From positions 1-43,816 of the forward strand of contig JAGLDA010000051.1 in NCBI GenBank assembly GCA_023145955.1: 43,816 nucleotides of DNA. Direction: 5' to 3'. The number at the start of each line of letters is the position of its first letter. Position 1 is the first letter of the stretch. Below the pieces are notes generated by a model. The model was not told the origin of the DNA and ran no database searches. It saw only the letters and a list, made by a program, of their open reading frames with translations. Source of the DNA: Bacteroidales bacterium. GTDB taxonomy: Bacteria > Bacteroidota > Bacteroidia > Bacteroidales > UBA1556. Shown in pieces: positions 1-9,477 of this stretch. The position numbers and the translations under genes are program-made.

Positions 1-47
1 ATTTATTTATATCGTATTTTGATATCAAATTAGTATAACACCCTTTT

Positions 48-3000
48 CTAAAATCTCGACCAGAACTCTTCCTCAAATCTCTTTTCTAAATAGTCAGCCC
101 CGTAATTAAATCTTGATTTAGTGTGAACTCCGTTGGTTATTTTAAAACTATACTTAGTATTAGCCTTTAATTTTGGCAATTTTGTCACAAACTCTAGAAA
201 TACCTCATCAACTGATTTATAATCTTTAGATCCAAACCTTTTATTTAGTTCTGCCAATTGTTCAAAATTAGTTTTTTCAAGAGGAGAATCTATTTGCTTT
301 TCAAATTGTTGAATAACTCTTTGGGTGTTAGTAAAACTACCATCAGATTCTATTGCAAATGATGCAGGTAAAATTAAATTAGCAGCTTCTGCTGTTTCGG
401 TCATAAAATAATCCTGTACAACTAAAAACTCTTGATTTTTAAACCACTCTCCTACTTCTGCCTTATCTTTAGCTGTCCCAATAGGATCTTCACCAAAAAT
501 AAATAGATTCTTAAAATCCCCATCTTTAATAGCTGGAATAACTTTTTTCTTAGAAATAAACTCCTTATATACACTTCCTGTATGTAAACAAGGCATAGCT
601 CCCATATCAAAAATCCCGTGAGAGTTATTTTTCTCTTTCAGTGGTAAAACTCCACTTGCAGTCTTACCAAGTTTACCAGTAATCATTGCAAGATTATAAA
701 TTTCTATAGATGTTTCAGCATTAATATATTTTTCTGAGAAAACAATTATAGAGTTTTGTTCATTATTATAATCTTTAGCTACTTTAAGCATTTGCTCATA
801 GCTTACACCTGCTTTTTCAAGCAAAGTGTCAAGATTTGGTTTTAATATCTCTTGTTTGTACTCGTCAAAAGAAGTAGTTCTACTATCAATGAACATACGA
901 TTAAGGAGTCCTTTCTTTATAAAATAGAAATTTAATGCTTTAATAAAGTAGTAGTAATCTTTAACAATAAGCTCATCATCGGCCTTACGGCTCTGTCGTG
1001 GATTTACAGTTTCAGAAATTAGGAATATTTCAGTATTATTTACTGTACGAGCTTCATTAACTAAAAAACCAGTAAAATCATTATCATCTATTAAATCTGC
1101 ACCAATAATAAATACCTTACCTGCTTTATTAAGCTCATTAAAAGGAACATTTGCTACAGAATTATTAGAATACATTAAAGAACCTCTACCCAAATAACTA
1201 AAGCTAGCAACATAAGGAGTTTTTACGCCTTCTTTAGCTAGCTTTTGAATAAGGTAAATCTCTTCATTAGTCATTCTTGCACCAGCAAAGAACATATTTT
1301 CCTCTGCCTTGCTTGCTTTTATCTTATCTTCAATTATACTATAAGCTAAATCAAAAGTTATTGGATGAAACTTACCATCCTTCTTCAATAAAGGAGTAGT
1401 AATTCTTGTACTATCATTATAAATTTGATATCCAAATTTCGGTTTCCTACCAATAGAAGTTTGTGGATTAATAATACCTTTAGCGCCATCTACTCCCATC
1501 ACAAATTTATTTTTATGACTTAGTAGATTCATTGCTACACCTTCGCTACCGTAATTATCAATAGCGTATAAAGGCTCAGTGGCAATAGGTCCTGGTTTGA
1601 AAAGTAGGTTCTCTCGAATAGCACCTGTAGGGCAAGTATCTATACACAAACCACAAGTTTGACAATTACTTTCAGCAAGAGATTCGCCCATAGATGGTGC
1701 TACATATGAGGCAAAACCCCTATTTACAAGTCCCAATGCATTTGCTCCTACTACCTCATTACAAATACGAATACAACGCGAACAAAGTATGCATTTATTA
1801 TTATCAATTTCGATATATGGGTGACTAAAGTCGACATTATACTCATTATACTCTCCAGCATATTTAGTTTGCTCCACATTATATTCATCAGAATACTTCT
1901 GCAAGTCACAATCAAAATACTCACCACATCCACATTCCATGCATCTATTAGCCTCAGAAAGGCACTGCTCTTCTGTATATCCTAATTCTACTTCATCAAA
2001 ATTTATTCGTTTATCTTCCTTTAGAACAGCCATTTCTTCTCGCTGCTGATGTGGAAAAATTTCAATAAATTTGTTATTATTTTCTCCAATAAAGTTTGAT
2101 CGTTCACTAATAAAAGCTTTTTTCTTTGGCGTAACATCGTCGCCCATAATATATTGGTGGCACGATAATGAGGCTATCATAGCTTGAGCTATGGCTTCAA
2201 TAATAGTAGCTGCGCCAGTAACTCCATCTCCTGCAGCAAATATAGACTCAATTCCAGTTTGAAGAGTTTTTGGATTAGCATCAATATCACCCCATCTATT
2301 TGCTTCTAATTTTCCAATTTTGGTAACGGTATTTACACTGTCAATAAAGCTAGTATCGGTTTTTTGGCCAATGGCTGCAAAAATATAATCCACTTCTAAA
2401 TCGTATTCAGAACCTTCAATTGGTATAGGCCTACGACGACCCGAAGCATCGGCTTCTCCCAACTCCATTCTTATTAATGAAACTGACTTAAGAATTCCGT
2501 CCTCATTTTTATTTACTTCTATAGGGTTATTTAGGAATAAATATTCCACACCTTCAAGTTTAGACTCATGAATTTCAATTGGATTAGCAGGCATTTCTTT
2601 TTCGGTACGTCGATAAACTACTTTAACGTCAGTACTACCTAACCTTATGGCAGTTCTACAACAATCCATTGCGGTATTACCACCACCAACAACAATTACT
2701 TTCTTGCCTGTAAAATCTGGATTATTATCCGTCATTTCTAGGTTTTTAAGAAATACTATTCCAGGGAATACATTCTCTGCATTATCACCTTTTACTCCAA
2801 CTAAAGTACCCTTTTGCGAGCCTATTGTAAGAATAACGCTATCATATTTATTTTGTAATTCCTCATAATAAATATCAGTTCCTAACTGAGTATTGCAATA
2901 AATATTTGCACCTAATTCAGTTACAGAATCTATTTCTTTTTGAAGCAATGCATTTGGTAACCTGTACTCTGGAATTCCATAGCGTAACCAACCTCCAGCT

Positions 3001-3692
3001 TCAGGAGCAGCCTCATAAATATCGCATTTATGCCCTTTTTGTTGCAAAAAGTATGCTGCAGAAAGACCTCCAGGGCCTGCCCCAATTATAGCTACCTTCT
3101 TCCCTGTGCTAGAAGCAATTTCTGGAATATACCTATCATCACCAGCAGCAAGGTCAAAATCGGAAGCATAACGCTTCATATAATCAATACCAACAGCGGC
3201 ATTTTCATCCATAGAATTGCGGTTGCAAGCAAGCTCACATGGCCGTACACATACTCTACCACAAATTGCTGGAAGAGGATTAACTTCTTTAATTAAAGCA
3301 ACAGCCTCCTTATATAACTTCTTTTCAATAAGCGAGATATACCCTTGTACATCAACCCCCGCAGGGCAACTTTCGGTACATGGCGCTACACAATCAGCAT
3401 AATGATTGCTCATGATTAAATCCAAAGCTGATTTCCGTGATTTATGTACCTTTTCATTATCAGTTTGAATAACCATTCCATCAACAACATTTGTGGCACA
3501 TGATGGCTGTAGTCCACGCATATTTTCTATCTCCACAACACATACATAGCAAGATGAATATGGCTCTATACGAGGATCATTGCATAAAGTAGGTATCTCA
3601 ATTCCATTATTGCGGGCAACATTAAGTATAGACTCGCCTTCTGTAGCAGTTATATGTTCTCCGTTTAATATTATATTTACTTTGTTGTCCAT
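48..3692 (-). CDS. Multidomain iron-sulfur flavoprotein: N-terminal [2Fe-2S] ferredoxin, GltD/NfnB-like NAD(P)H-FAD oxidoreductase module, then NuoG/FdhA-like Fe-S clusters and a degenerate molybdopterin-oxidoreductase-like domain
   Basis: 1214-aa ORF with an ATG start. 2Fe-2S Cys pattern CNDPRIEPYSSCYVCVVEI...C. GltD-type cluster motifs CVAPCTESCPAGVDVQGYI and CGRVCVRPCELAC. Two Rossmann motifs, GAGPGGLSAAYFL and VVGGGNTAMDC. NuoG N5-like CMECGCGEYFDCDLQ. Two 4Fe-4S motifs, CILCSRCIRIC and CQTCGLCIDTCP. Long C-terminal domain laid out like Fdh-alpha/NuoG. Lies 26 nt downstream of the NuoF-like gene. Confidence 0.85.
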   Translation of the reverse strand: MDNKVNIILNGEHITATEGESILNVARNNGIEIPTLCNDPRIEPYSSCYVCVVEIENMRGLQPSCATNVVDGMVIQTDNEKVHKSRKSALDLIMSNHYADCVAPCTESCPAGVDVQGYISLIEKKLYKEAVALIKEVNPLPAICGRVCVRPCELACNRNSMDENAAVGIDYMKRYASDFDLAAGDDRYIPEIASSTGKKVAIIGAGPGGLSAAYFLQQKGHKCDIYEAAPEAGGWLRYGIPEYRLPNALLQKEIDSVTELGANIYCNTQLGTDIYYEELQNKYDSVILTIGSQKGTLVGVKGDNAENVFPGIVFLKNLEMTDNNPDFTGKKVIVVGGGNTAMDCCRTAIRLGSTDVKVVYRRTEKEMPANPIEIHESKLEGVEYLFLNNPIEVNKNEDGILKSVSLIRMELGEADASGRRRPIPIEGSEYDLEVDYIFAAIGQKTDTSFIDSVNTVTKIGKLEANRWGDIDANPKTLQTGIESIFAAGDGVTGAATIIEAIAQAMIASLSCHQYIMGDDVTPKKKAFISERSNFIGENNNKFIEIFPHQQREEMAVLKEDKRINFDEVELGYTEEQCLSEANRCMECGCGEYFDCDLQKYSDEYNVEQTKYAGEYNEYNVDFSHPYIEIDNNKCILCSRCIRICNEVVGANALGLVNRGFASYVAPSMGESLAESNCQTCGLCIDTCPTGAIRENLLFKPGPIATEPLYAIDNYGSEGVAMNLLSHKNKFVMGVDGAKGIINPQTSIGRKPKFGYQIYNDSTRITTPLLKKDGKFHPITFDLAYSIIEDKIKASKAEENMFFAGARMTNEEIYLIQKLAKEGVKTPYVASFSYLGRGSLMYSNNSVANVPFNELNKAGKVFIIGADLIDDNDFTGFLVNEARTVNNTEIFLISETVNPRQSRKADDELIVKDYYYFIKALNFYFIKKGLLNRMFIDSRTTSFDEYKQEILKPNLDTLLEKAGVSYEQMLKVAKDYNNEQNSIIVFSEKYINAETSIEIYNLAMITGKLGKTASGVLPLKEKNNSHGIFDMGAMPCLHTGSVYKEFISKKKVIPAIKDGDFKNLFIFGEDPIGTAKDKAEVGEWFKNQEFLVVQDYFMTETAEAANLILPASFAIESDGSFTNTQRVIQQFEKQIDSPLEKTNFEQLAELNKRFGSKDYKSVDEVFLEFVTKLPKLKANTKYSFKITNGVHTKSRFNYGADYLEKRFEEEFWSRF

Positions 3693-3718
3693 TTTTTTTG
3701 TTTTAAAAGCTGCTTGGC

Positions 3719-5494
3719 TTAATAAATTCTAATTGCATCAAAATTACATCTGCTATAACATTCTCCACACTGTATACATCCTTCTTGCTCAATAAAATGA
3801 ATTTCTTTTTTTGAACCCGTAATTGTATCAGTAGGACATTTGATTGCACATATAGTACAGCCAGTACACATATCAGGAATAATTTCGTATGTAAGAAGAG
3901 CTTTGCAGTTTTTAGCTGGGCATTTATGGTCATGTATATGCGCTTCGTACTCATGACGGAAATATTTAAGAGTTGTTAGCACAGGGTTTGGAGCAGTTTG
4001 GCCAAGGCCACAAAGTGATCCATCCTTTATTTGCTCAGATAATTCTTCCAATTGTTCAATATCACCTTCTTTACCCTTTCCTTCGGTAATTCTAGTAAGT
4101 ATTTCCAACATTCTTTTTGTTCCAATTCTGCAGAAAGTACATTTTCCACAACTTTCATCCTGGGTAAATGCCAAAAAGAACCTCGCCATATCTACCATAC
4201 AGGTACTTTCGTCCATAACTACCATACCACCAGATCCCATAATAGCTCCTGTAGAATTTACAGAATCATAATCTATGGGTATATCAAGAAGGTGCTCAGG
4301 AATACAACCTCCTGATGGCCCTCCTAGTTGTACTGCTTTAAACTTTTTATCATCTTGAATTCCACCTCCTAGACCAAAAATTACTTCACGAATTGTTACG
4401 CCCATAGGCACTTCCACAAGGCCACCGTGTTTTATTTTGCCTGTAAGTGCAAAAACCTTTGTTCCTTTGCTTTTCTCTGTACCATACTTATTATATGAGT
4501 CAGCACCATTCAAAATTATATATGGAATATTAGCGAAGGTTTCTACATTATTAATATTTGTAGGTTTTTTCCATAAACCACTTTCTGCAGGAAAAGGTGG
4601 GCGCTTTCGTGGCATTCCACGAAGTCCTTCCACAGAAGCAATTAAAGCTGTTTCTTCACCACAAACAAAAGCTCCAGCACCCTCTTTAACATAAATATCT
4701 AGATTAAAACCTTTAATTCCTAATATATTATTTCCCAAATAACCACGTTCATTTGCTTGAGCAATAGCTATATTTAATCGTTTAATTGCCAATGGATACT
4801 CAGCTCTACAATAAATAACCCCCTCGGAAGCACCAATGGCGTAAGCGCCAATTATCATTCCCTCAATTATTGCATGTGGGTCGCCTTCAAGTAATGACCT
4901 ATCCATAAATGCACCAGGGTCGCCCTCGTCGGCATTACAAATAATATATTTCATTTTGCATCGGTTATTTCTTGCAAAACGCCATTTCATTCCTGTTGGG
5001 AAACCTCCACCACCTCTACCACGAATACCACTATCTATAATTGTTTGAATAATAGTTTCGCAAAGAATAGGTTTATTAGCAATCATTTTTAAGGCTTTGT
5101 ATGCCTTATGCTCTTCTGCTTCTTCTATACATTCAGGATCAATATAACCACAATTACGAAGTGCAATTTTTACTTGTCCATCAAAATAAGCTTTCTCACT
5201 TCCTTCAAACATATCAGAATCTACAATAAGATCTTTTATTGGTTCATGATTTTCAATATGTTTATCTATTAAATCTATAACTCTATCTTCTGTAATATCA
5301 CCATAAAGAAATCGACCATTAGTATCAATAATTTCTACCAATGGCTCTTTATAACACATTCCTATGCATGAGGTTTTCTTTAGCTCTACATCAAGACCAT
5401 CAGCTATAATAATATCATTTATCTTGTCGTAAACCTTTGATGCTCCAGCAGCGATACCGCAACTGCCCATGCCAACTATAATTTGCTTTTTCAT
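3719..5494 (-). CDS. NuoF/HydB-like NADH-binding FMN iron-sulfur subunit, with an N-terminal thioredoxin-like 2Fe-2S domain and a C-terminal 2x[4Fe-4S] ferredoxin domain
   Basis: Motifs GRGGGGFPTGMKW, ICNADEGDPGAFMDR, ESCGKCTFCRIG, and C-terminal CTGCTICAIKCP plus CIQCGECYSRC. The N-terminus has GSCGIAAGA...CIGMCYKEP. ATG start, 7 nt downstream of the NuoE-like gene. Confidence 0.9.
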   Translation of the reverse strand: MKKQIIVGMGSCGIAAGASKVYDKINDIIIADGLDVELKKTSCIGMCYKEPLVEIIDTNGRFLYGDITEDRVIDLIDKHIENHEPIKDLIVDSDMFEGSEKAYFDGQVKIALRNCGYIDPECIEEAEEHKAYKALKMIANKPILCETIIQTIIDSGIRGRGGGGFPTGMKWRFARNNRCKMKYIICNADEGDPGAFMDRSLLEGDPHAIIEGMIIGAYAIGASEGVIYCRAEYPLAIKRLNIAIAQANERGYLGNNILGIKGFNLDIYVKEGAGAFVCGEETALIASVEGLRGMPRKRPPFPAESGLWKKPTNINNVETFANIPYIILNGADSYNKYGTEKSKGTKVFALTGKIKHGGLVEVPMGVTIREVIFGLGGGIQDDKKFKAVQLGGPSGGCIPEHLLDIPIDYDSVNSTGAIMGSGGMVVMDESTCMVDMARFFLAFTQDESCGKCTFCRIGTKRMLEILTRITEGKGKEGDIEQLEELSEQIKDGSLCGLGQTAPNPVLTTLKYFRHEYEAHIHDHKCPAKNCKALLTYEIIPDMCTGCTICAIKCPTDTITGSKKEIHFIEQEGCIQCGECYSRCNFDAIRIY

Positions 5495-5501
5495 AATATG
5501 T

Positions 5502-6047
5502 TTACTCTTTATTAGTAGCCTTAGATTCCTGAATTTTTATATTCTTAATAACCTTTACCGAAGATTTATTGGTAAGTTTTCCATAGGTTTCCTCACCAAT
5601 CATCATTACTGGTGCTAATGAGCAACATCCTAAACATGCAACCGATTCAAGGGTAAACATATTATCTTCTGTAGTTTCTCCATCATTTATTTTTAGGGAA
5701 TCCATCAAAGCATCAGTTATTTTAGAAGCATCTTGCACATGACATGCTGTACCGTGGCAAACTTTGATAATATGCTTACCAACAGGATTTAACCTGAATT
5801 GACTGTAAAATGTAGCTACACCATACATGGCAGAAAGTTCTAAACCAACTTCTTTGTTTAGCTTAAAAAAAGCATCTCGTGGAATATATCCATAGATTGA
5901 TTGTACACCTTGAAGAAGTGGAATTAAATTTCCATGTTTATTTTTGTATTTCTTTATTAGTAGATCAATTAATGATAAATCCTCTACTAATTTAGAGCTT
6001 TCTTCTTCAGTTTCTCTTATTTGATTCTGTATTCTATTTATTCGCAT
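5502..6047 (-). CDS. NuoE/HydC-like [2Fe-2S] thioredoxin-like ferredoxin subunit
   Basis: 2Fe-2S ligand pattern CHGTACHV ... CLGCCSLAP. The track start at 6077 is a TTG codon, so I prefer the in-frame ATG at 6047 (MRINRIQ...). The exact start is uncertain. Confidence 0.85.
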   Translation of the reverse strand: MRINRIQNQIRETEEESSKLVEDLSLIDLLIKKYKNKHGNLIPLLQGVQSIYGYIPRDAFFKLNKEVGLELSAMYGVATFYSQFRLNPVGKHIIKVCHGTACHVQDASKITDALMDSLKINDGETTEDNMFTLESVACLGCCSLAPVMMIGEETYGKLTNKSSVKVIKNIKIQESKATNKE

Positions 6048-6117
6048 AGTTATTGTATTAACAATACGAAAATACAAATAAGAACAATATGATTTATAAA
6101 TATTGTTATAAATAAAA

Positions 6118-6151
6118 CAGCGCTCTTATATAACTGTATATAAGAGCGCTG
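6118..6151 (-). terminator. Intrinsic terminator candidate downstream of the signalling/methyltransferase operon
   Basis: Perfect 15-bp stem, cagcgctcttatata / tatataagagcgctg, with a 4-nt loop. On the minus strand it is followed by a T-rich run (reverse complement of aaataaaa at 6110-6117). Confidence 0.6.
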
Positions 6152-6315
6152 CACTTAATTTAATTTTTATTTATGGAAATTATAGAGTCTTATTTAGAAA
6201 TTAATTATAATTATACCCATATATAAAATGAATTATTTATGGTTCTTAAAGTAAATAAACTCTTTGAAAATATCTGCAATTATAATTACAACTTTATAAA
6301 TACACTTAAAAGAAA

Positions 6316-7200
6316 TTATTTAGTAATTCTTAAAAAAAGATTAATACCTAGCGGTTCTTTAAATACATCAATTTTATTCTTATCAATTCCTGCTTGTATG
6401 GCATATTTCTTTAGCTCATCTTCAGAGCGATGGTGTAAAAACCAATCGCCAAGAATTTCCATTATTTTTTTTGATGGGTTTTTAATATCAAAGTTGCCTA
6501 TTATCATTTCTCCACCCTCATTCAGATACTCATAATATTTTTTTAATAAATACACAAAATGTTTTTCTTTAAAATAATCAAACAACCCAGCACTCCATAT
6601 CATATCGTATTTTTTGTCTGGAGCAAATCTTATAACATTTTTATGGTGAAATGTCATAGAATTTAGATACTTAGCATTTTTTACTTTTGCAAAAGATATT
6701 GCACGTTTATCTAAATCAAGCATATCAAATTGTAAAGTGCTATCATTATTCTTTTCGAAAAACTCAAAGGTTTCTGAAACAGGGCCACTACCAAGAATTA
6801 GAACATTTTTAGCATCTCCATTAGCCTTATTATTTAATTTCTCAAACATTTCTATAGCCATAGTTTTCCTATTAACTACAGCAATTGCAGCAGGAAACTC
6901 ATGAAAATACTTATCCCATTTTATATATTGTTTGTCAGGATTGCAATAGCGCTGATATATTTTCTCTATAATAAAGAAGTCTCCATTATAACCAAAAGGT
7001 TTTGTATAAGAAAATCCAATAATTGTATTTGGATTCAGAATTGGTTTCATGTATTTCCTGAAGCTTAAAACCTCACTATCTGTAAGATTATCTACAAGAT
7101 CAAATATTTGTTGATACTCATATTCATCAGGACCATTTTTTGCAAACAAATCAGATATGTAATTCTCTGCAGTGGTAATTCCTTTTTCTGTATTTTCCAT
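6316..7200 (-). CDS. Class I SAM-dependent methyltransferase
   Basis: Motif I-like VLILGSGPVSE, acidic post-I FDMLDLD, motif II-like YDMIWSAGLFDYF, motif III-like LNEGGEMIIGNF. Last gene of the two-component operon, 21 nt after the LytTR regulator. Confidence 0.75.
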   Translation of the reverse strand: MENTEKGITTAENYISDLFAKNGPDEYEYQQIFDLVDNLTDSEVLSFRKYMKPILNPNTIIGFSYTKPFGYNGDFFIIEKIYQRYCNPDKQYIKWDKYFHEFPAAIAVVNRKTMAIEMFEKLNNKANGDAKNVLILGSGPVSETFEFFEKNNDSTLQFDMLDLDKRAISFAKVKNAKYLNSMTFHHKNVIRFAPDKKYDMIWSAGLFDYFKEKHFVYLLKKYYEYLNEGGEMIIGNFDIKNPSKKIMEILGDWFLHHRSEDELKKYAIQAGIDKNKIDVFKEPLGINLFLRITK

Positions 7201-7221
7201 AATATAGAACTAATAATTGTA

Positions 7222-8004
7222 TTAATCTTCGTCAACTATTTCACTTAGCTCACCAACTATGTCATCCAATAAATGTTTATAGTCTTCATCAACGGTAATA
7301 ACACTCATTTTATCAGAGATAATAATTTCAGGATATTTTACAACAAAAACCTTAGACTTATTAATTACAAATTGCTTACTTACTTTAATGAAATTACTAT
7401 TAGGAAATAAAGCGACAACTTCTGCAAGGCTTTTGTTCACAACAATCTCATCTTCAATAAGGTGTATAATACTTGTATTAGCTGCTGCCTCAATATAATA
7501 AACTTGATCAATATTAATTTTTTCTAAGCCCTTAGTACTTTGAATAATTAATTGCTCTTTATCATGATCTTTTATATCCAAAAATGAATTAAACATTTCG
7601 CTTTCAAGTTTATTCTTCATATCACTTTTAAACTTAAATAATGATATTTCAATGCTCGTTTCCAATTCTTTATCGGTGAAAGGTTTAATGATATAGCCAT
7701 AAGGTAGAGCTCCTTTTGCAGAATCAATTGTAGACATATCTGAATTAGCTGTAAGAAATATTATTGGAACATTATGATGCTTAGATATCTCCTTAGCAGC
7801 ATATATTCCACTCTCTTCTCCTTTAAGATTTATATCCATGAGTATTAAGTCTGGAAGAGATTTTTCCACTTCAGCAATTGCATCTTTTGCAGTATCTACT
7901 GAGTTTTGTACTATATAACCTGTACTTTCTAAGCTTTCTTCTATATCTGCAGCTACAAGTAATTCGTCTTCTACTATTAATATTTTATATCCTTTATCAC
8001 TCAT
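7222..8004 (-). CDS. LytTR-family response regulator (REC plus LytTR DNA-binding domain)
   Basis: Receiver motifs ILIVEDE, DLILMDINL and a conserved K in IIKPF. The C-terminal part of about 100 aa has a LytTR-like layout (IQSTKGLEKINIDQVYYIEA...FIKVSKQFVINKSKV). Confidence 0.85.
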   Translation of the reverse strand: MSDKGYKILIVEDELLVAADIEESLESTGYIVQNSVDTAKDAIAEVEKSLPDLILMDINLKGEESGIYAAKEISKHHNVPIIFLTANSDMSTIDSAKGALPYGYIIKPFTDKELETSIEISLFKFKSDMKNKLESEMFNSFLDIKDHDKEQLIIQSTKGLEKINIDQVYYIEAAANTSIIHLIEDEIVVNKSLAEVVALFPNSNFIKVSKQFVINKSKVFVVKYPEIIISDKMSVITVDEDYKHLLDDIVGELSEIVDED

Positions 8005-8008
8005 AATA

Positions 8009-9085
8009 TTATATATTTATTTTTAGTTTTATGCTAAATTTTGTTCCATTAGAAAAGTCACTAATTAACTCTCCATCAATTTGCTGTGCAAGTTTATGTA
8101 TTATTTTCATTCCTAAAGATTTGGTTTTCTTTATATCAAAGTCACTACTGATACCAATTCCATTATCTTCAACAATTAAATCGTAATTATTATTCCCAAT
8201 ATTTTTAAACGTAATAGTTATTAATCCTTCACTTTTTCCATTAAATGCATATTTTAATGAGTTAGAAACAAGCTCATTAATAATAAGGCCACAAGGAATT
8301 GCTATATCCATTGGCAAGTTTGCACTTTCAACATTATAATTATATTTTACTCTAAATTGGTTGCTATTATAGGTTCTAGCGATATTACCTACCAAACTTT
8401 TAATATAGTTATCGAACTTAACATCCTCAAGCCCTTCGTTACTATATAAGTTTTCGTGAATAAGAGCCATTGAATGAATTCTGTTTTGGCTTTCTTGCAA
8501 TACAACTTTTAATTTTTCATCTTTTATTCCCCTACTCTGCATCCTCAATATACTAGAAATTATCTGCATATTGTTTTTTACTCTATGGTGCACTTCTCTA
8601 AGTAAAACATCTTTCTCTGCCAATGACTTTTTAAGGCTCTCTTCCGCTAATTTTCTTTTTTCTTCCTTTCTTTCTAGCTCCCACTTCATCATTGTAATAC
8701 CTGCAAACTCATCAATCAATGATAATAATTTCTTTGCTTCTACAGGCTTCATTAAATAACCATCAACTCCCAAATTTATTGACTCAATAAAGTTTTCCTT
8801 AACGCTATATGCAGACATTACTATAATTTTAGCATTAGGATATTTAGCTTTTATTTCTCTCACCATCACAATGCCATCCATTACTGGCATATTAATATCC
8901 GTTATTACAAGATCAGGCTTGTGAGTATTATATAGTTCAAGTCCTTGCTTGCCATCATTTGCTATATAGAAGTGGGCAACATGTTTTTCTAGAAGCCGTT
9001 GGTATAGTTTTCTGATAATCTCATTATCATCAACAAAAAGTACAGATAGGTCATGTCTGTTAGCTGGTGTTATTTCTTTTCTCAT
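8009..9085 (-). CDS. Hybrid protein: N-terminal receiver domain fused to a HisKA_2-type histidine kinase with HATPase_c
   Basis: REC motifs [20 protein letters not shown]. Coiled linker. H-box [15 protein letters not shown], typical of HisKA_2/HWE-like kinases. ATPase motifs [10 protein letters not shown] and VEDNGIGI. The start overlaps the stop of the upstream receiver gene (ATGA). Confidence 0.85.
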   Translation of the reverse strand: MRKEITPANRHDLSVLFVDDNEIIRKLYQRLLEKHVAHFYIANDGKQGLELYNTHKPDLVITDINMPVMDGIVMVREIKAKYPNAKIIVMSAYSVKENFIESINLGVDGYLMKPVEAKKLLSLIDEFAGITMMKWELERKEEKRKLAEESLKKSLAEKDVLLREVHHRVKNNMQIISSILRMQSRGIKDEKLKVVLQESQNRIHSMALIHENLYSNEGLEDVKFDNYIKSLVGNIARTYNSNQFRVKYNYNVESANLPMDIAIPCGLIINELVSNSLKYAFNGKSEGLITITFKNIGNNNYDLIVEDNGIGISSDFDIKKTKSLGMKIIHKLAQQIDGELISDFSNGTKFSIKLKINI

Positions 9086-9474
9086 TCTTGATCCTTTATT
9101 AAAAACTGTTTTTCAATTTTTTCATATAGTTCTTTTACTACAATAGGTTTAAAGAAATAATCGTTACAGCCCGATTCAACAATACTATCATACTCCTTTC
9201 CAACAACATAAGCTGTTTGAATAATTATTGGAATATTAGGGTTGATTTCTTTAATCAACTTAGTAGCATCTAAACCATTTAGGTTTGGCATACGAATATC
9301 CATTAAAATAAGATCTACTGTATTATTATTTGTAACATAATCAACCGCTTCTTGTCCATCTTTCAACCAGATAGTTTTAGCATTTGTTTTTCGTAGTTGT
9401 TTCTTTATCAAATAATAATTTATTTCAATATCATCAACTACCACTATAGTTTTATTTTGCCAATTATTATCCAT
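9082..9474 (-). CDS. Single-domain (CheY-like) response regulator
   Basis: 130 aa. [17 protein letters not shown] and FFKP receiver motifs, with no output domain. Confidence 0.9.
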   Translation of the reverse strand: MDNNWQNKTIVVVDDIEINYYLIKKQLRKTNAKTIWLKDGQEAVDYVTNNNTVDLILMDIRMPNLNGLDATKLIKEINPNIPIIIQTAYVVGKEYDSIVESGCNDYFFKPIVVKELYEKIEKQFLIKDQE

Positions 9475-9477
9475 AAT

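Noticed and set aside
1751-3402. Several 60-88 aa ORFs in the track (1751-1933 in another frame of the minus strand; 2647-2868, 2906-3091, 3030-3296 and 3217-3402 on the plus strand) inside the 1214-aa gene
   Set aside because: They are fully embedded in a gene with strong, continuous domain evidence. Their translations are low-complexity with no recognisable motifs. They are typical shadow ORFs.
48-3692. Possibility that the large subunit is a genuine (seleno)cysteine formate dehydrogenase
   Set aside because: The ORF is uninterrupted, so there is no in-frame TGA. The position of the CxxCxxxC cluster of the Mo domain reads AIDNYGSEGV, without cysteines. I therefore treat the domain as NuoG-like and degenerate. 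This needs a proper alignment to confirm.
3703-3954. 83-aa minus-strand ORF overlapping the 3' end of the NuoF-like gene
   Set aside because: It is an alternative frame of a region that encodes the conserved C-terminal ferredoxin domain (CTGCTICAIKCP, CIQCGECYSRC). It has no independent support.
4052-4694. Plus-strand ORFs 4052-4315 and 4437-4694
   Set aside because: They are antisense to the conserved NuoF-like core. They are shadow ORFs.
6239-6535. 98-aa plus-strand ORF overlapping the end of the methyltransferase gene
   Set aside because: It is antisense to a motif-bearing gene and starts in AT-rich spacer. No motifs are present.
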